Positions 19,906 through 20,000 of a DNA stretch of 20,000 nucleotides are shown piece by piece. The translations under genes and the position numbers were made by a program. Under the pieces are notes generated by a model. The model saw nothing but the letters and a program-made list of their open reading frames with translations. It had not been told where the DNA came from and did not search any database. The DNA lies in contig MEDY01000098.1 in assembly GCA_001724265.1 (NCBI GenBank), positions 58,735 to 78,734 of the forward strand, read 5' to 3'. Source of the stretch: Rhizaria sp. SCN 62-66 (lineage: Eukaryota). Positions within the stretch are counted from its first letter, which is position 1; each line of letters starts with the position of its first letter.

Positions 19906-20000
19906 TTAGAAGCCAGCGAAGGACTTGAGGGAGTCCTGGGAAGGGCCGGCCTTCTCGATCTTGACGAGGTTGAAGGAGACGGTCTTGGAGAGGGGGCGGC
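19906..20000 (-). CDS. RPS11: 3' end of cytosolic 40S ribosomal protein S11 (uS17), truncated by the right edge of the window
   Basis: The minus strand reads RPLSKTVSFNLVKIEKAGPSQDSLKSFAGF-TAA, matching the uS17 C-terminal signature CRPLSKTVRFNVLKV...KxFxxF. Codon bias is that of a highly expressed gene. Confidence 0.93.
   Translation of the reverse strand, partial: RPLSKTVSFNLVKIEKAGPSQDSLKSFAGF

Noticed and set aside
1-20000. tRNA, rRNA, CRISPR array, transposase or prokaryotic operon
   Set aside because: No such signatures were seen by eye; the spliceosomal introns and gene content show eukaryotic nuclear DNA.

Overview
Gene-dense, intron-containing nuclear DNA of a eukaryote, most likely a GC-rich protist; the standard genetic code fits all genes. 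Seven protein-coding genes lie in strictly alternating orientation (- + - + - + -). In order: the 5' end of an unidentified Ala/Pro-rich gene, complex I 24 kDa subunit NDUFV2, a threefold-expanded NUS1/NgBR, NatB catalytic subunit NAA20, a SAPS/PP6 regulatory subunit, a 1739-aa mitochondrion-targeted protein whose C-terminus resembles mitoribosomal mS45 (Bot1/GCD1), and the 3' end of 40S ribosomal protein S11. All nine introns reconstructed by hand begin GTACG and end CAG. No RNA gene, transposon or CRISPR array could be supported. The best novelty candidates are the giant mS45-like protein, the near-invariant splice donor, the expanded NUS1 and an orphan GC-rich element at about 2750-2870. 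Family assignments come from remembered motifs, not database searches.
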